From an uncultured Eubacteriales bacterium (GTDB lineage Bacteria; Bacillota; Clostridia; Christensenellales; CAG-314): a stretch of 64,000 nt of DNA. The notes under the pieces were generated by a model that was not told the DNA's origin, searched no databases, and saw only the letters and a program-made list of their open reading frames with translations. Below, piece after piece: positions 62,904 through 64,000 of this stretch. Position 1 is the first letter of the stretch. The number at the start of each line of letters is the position of its first letter. The stretch spans positions 7,712-71,711 of the forward strand of contig CASEME010000013.1 in assembly GCA_949289125.1 (NCBI GenBank), given 5' to 3'. Made by a program: the position numbers and the translations under genes.

Positions 62904-64000
62904 CTATTTGCTTGCTTCATGTTTGGTGGCGGTCACGTTGATGCCTTTGCCTTCTCCGTCCGTCGACTGCATTTGTTCAACTTCAACAAAGGTAGGACGG
63001 TGTGCGTCGGTATCGGTCACCTTGATGTTGAGATTCAAAAAGCTGTATTTGTCGCCTTGCGCAGGTATTTTGTCTAATTGTTCAGATATCCAGCCGTTCA
63101 AAGTGCTGCTTTTCGAAGTGACGTCGATGTCGAAGTAACGGCAAAAGTCGTCCATATTCATATCGCAATTAACTCTGTATGTGTTGTCGCCTATAGCCTT
63201 GATATCTTCCAATACGTCATCGTGTTCGTCCCATATGTCGCCCACAAGTTCTTCCAAAATATCTTCCATAGTTACAATGCCCAACGTTCCGCCGTATTCG
63301 TCCAAAACAACAGCTATGTGCGATTTTGTGGTCTGCAACGTGCGCAACAGGTCGCTTATTTTTTCCGTGCGGTGAATAAACAACGGAGGTGTTATCACGT
63401 CTTCGAGCGGTTGGGTGGTGATGCCGTGCGCTCCAAAAAAGTCTTTCAGATGCAACACGCCCACAATGTGGTCTATGTCTTCTTTGTACACAAGCAGTCG
63501 GCTAAATTTGGTGGTCTCAAATAACCGTGCTATATCTGCTTTGGGAGTAGATAGCGGCAGAGCTTCTATATCCACTCTGTGCGTCAGTATATCTTCGGCT
63601 TTGAGGTCGCAAAACTCTATGGCGTTGCGCAACAGATGTCCTTCGTTGGTGTCAATAGTGCCGTCTTCCTGCACTTCTTCTACAAACATCAACAATTCTT
63701 CTTGCGACAATTTGCCCGAATCTTTGTTTTTTACAAACAGTGACAAAAACTTTTTGAGTAGCCAAAACAAAAAGTTGAGCGGGGATAATATCCATATCAA
63801 AAACTGTATCAGCGGTGCAGAAAACATAGCAAATTTTTCGGGGAAGTCCTTGGCAAGACTTTTGGGGGATACTTCGCCGAAAATAAGTACTACAATGGTA
63901 ATAATTACCGTAGACAGTGTTGCGCCAATGTCCTGACCGTACAACTGCACAAACATTACCGTACCCAACGAGGCAACTGCAATGTTGACAATATTGTTGC
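62904..64000 (-). CDS. CNNM/HlyC-CorC family protein (DUF21-CBS pair-CorC_HlyC), 5' end outside the window
   Basis: The frame stays open to nt 64000 (..[18 protein letters not shown]..). It has a DUF21 TM region with GEVSPKS, CBS pairs and a C-terminal transporter-associated domain. Confidence 0.88.
   Translation of the reverse strand, partial: NNIVNIAVASLGTVMFVQLYGQDIGATLSTVIITIVVLIFGEVSPKSLAKDFPEKFAMFSAPLIQFLIWILSPLNFLFWLLKKFLSLFVKNKDSGKLSQEELLMFVEEVQEDGTIDTNEGHLLRNAIEFCDLKAEDILTHRVDIEALPLSTPKADIARLFETTKFSRLLVYKEDIDHIVGVLHLKDFFGAHGITTQPLEDVITPPLFIHRTEKISDLLRTLQTTKSHIAVVLDEYGGTLGIVTMEDILEELVGDIWDEHDDVLEDIKAIGDNTYRVNCDMNMDDFCRYFDIDVTSKSSTLNGWISEQLDKIPAQGDKYSFLNLNIKVTDTDAHRPTFVEVEQMQSTDGEGKGINVTATKHEASK

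Noticed and set aside
1-64000. Looked for CRISPR arrays, rRNA genes, IS elements with terminal inverted repeats, and integrase or transposase ORFs.
   Set aside because: No regularly spaced direct repeats, rRNA signatures or recombinase-like ORFs were seen on either strand. The only sizeable repeats are the three pairs reported as features.

Overview
This looks like a Bacillota (Clostridia-like) chromosomal segment. By eye it is roughly mid-40s %GC, with several clearly AT-rich accessory patches.

The core is housekeeping:
- tRNA-Ser(GGA), leuS and cysK.
- metK behind a SAM-I riboswitch.
- recD2-comFC-secA-prfB, with the classic +1 frameshift in prfB.
- cls, tsaD, a P-type ATPase, an M32 carboxypeptidase, a THUMP RNA methyltransferase and murC.
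- pyk, psuK-psuG, a tRNA Met-Glu-Val cluster, an ABC-2 exporter and a CNNM/CorC-type gene cut by the window end.
- Two very large envelope proteins (1869 aa and about 1412 aa).

The main accessory feature is an 11.4-kb AT-rich island (24684-36158). It sits exactly at the stop codon of cls and is bounded by a 52-bp direct repeat that duplicates the cls 3' end. No recombinase is visible in it. The island carries:
- A double-glycine-leader bacteriocin locus: a C39-ABC transporter split by a 1-nt deletion, an unassigned 162-aa ORF and a HlyD-like protein.
- Two precursor peptides with near-identical leaders and unrelated cores, plus putative immunity genes and a duplicated promoter/leader cassette.
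- A second module of unknown function: an anchored S1 protease, a membrane protein with a C39-like domain, and two tandem paralogous lipoproteins.

Smaller candidates:
- A 27-aa hydrophobic peptide with a convergent promoter (type I toxin-like), next to iteron-like repeats beside tRNA-Ser.
- An AT-rich two-gene toxin/immunity-like pair (12.2-12.9 kb).
- An orphan promoter-terminator unit that could be an sRNA.
- A strongly promoted TIR-like/transmembrane defence-type gene broken by a frameshift and an in-frame TAA.
- A neighbouring DUF2871-like gene with an in-frame TAA.

No rRNA, CRISPR array or transposase was seen. All family assignments come from motif recognition by eye; nothing was searched or computed.
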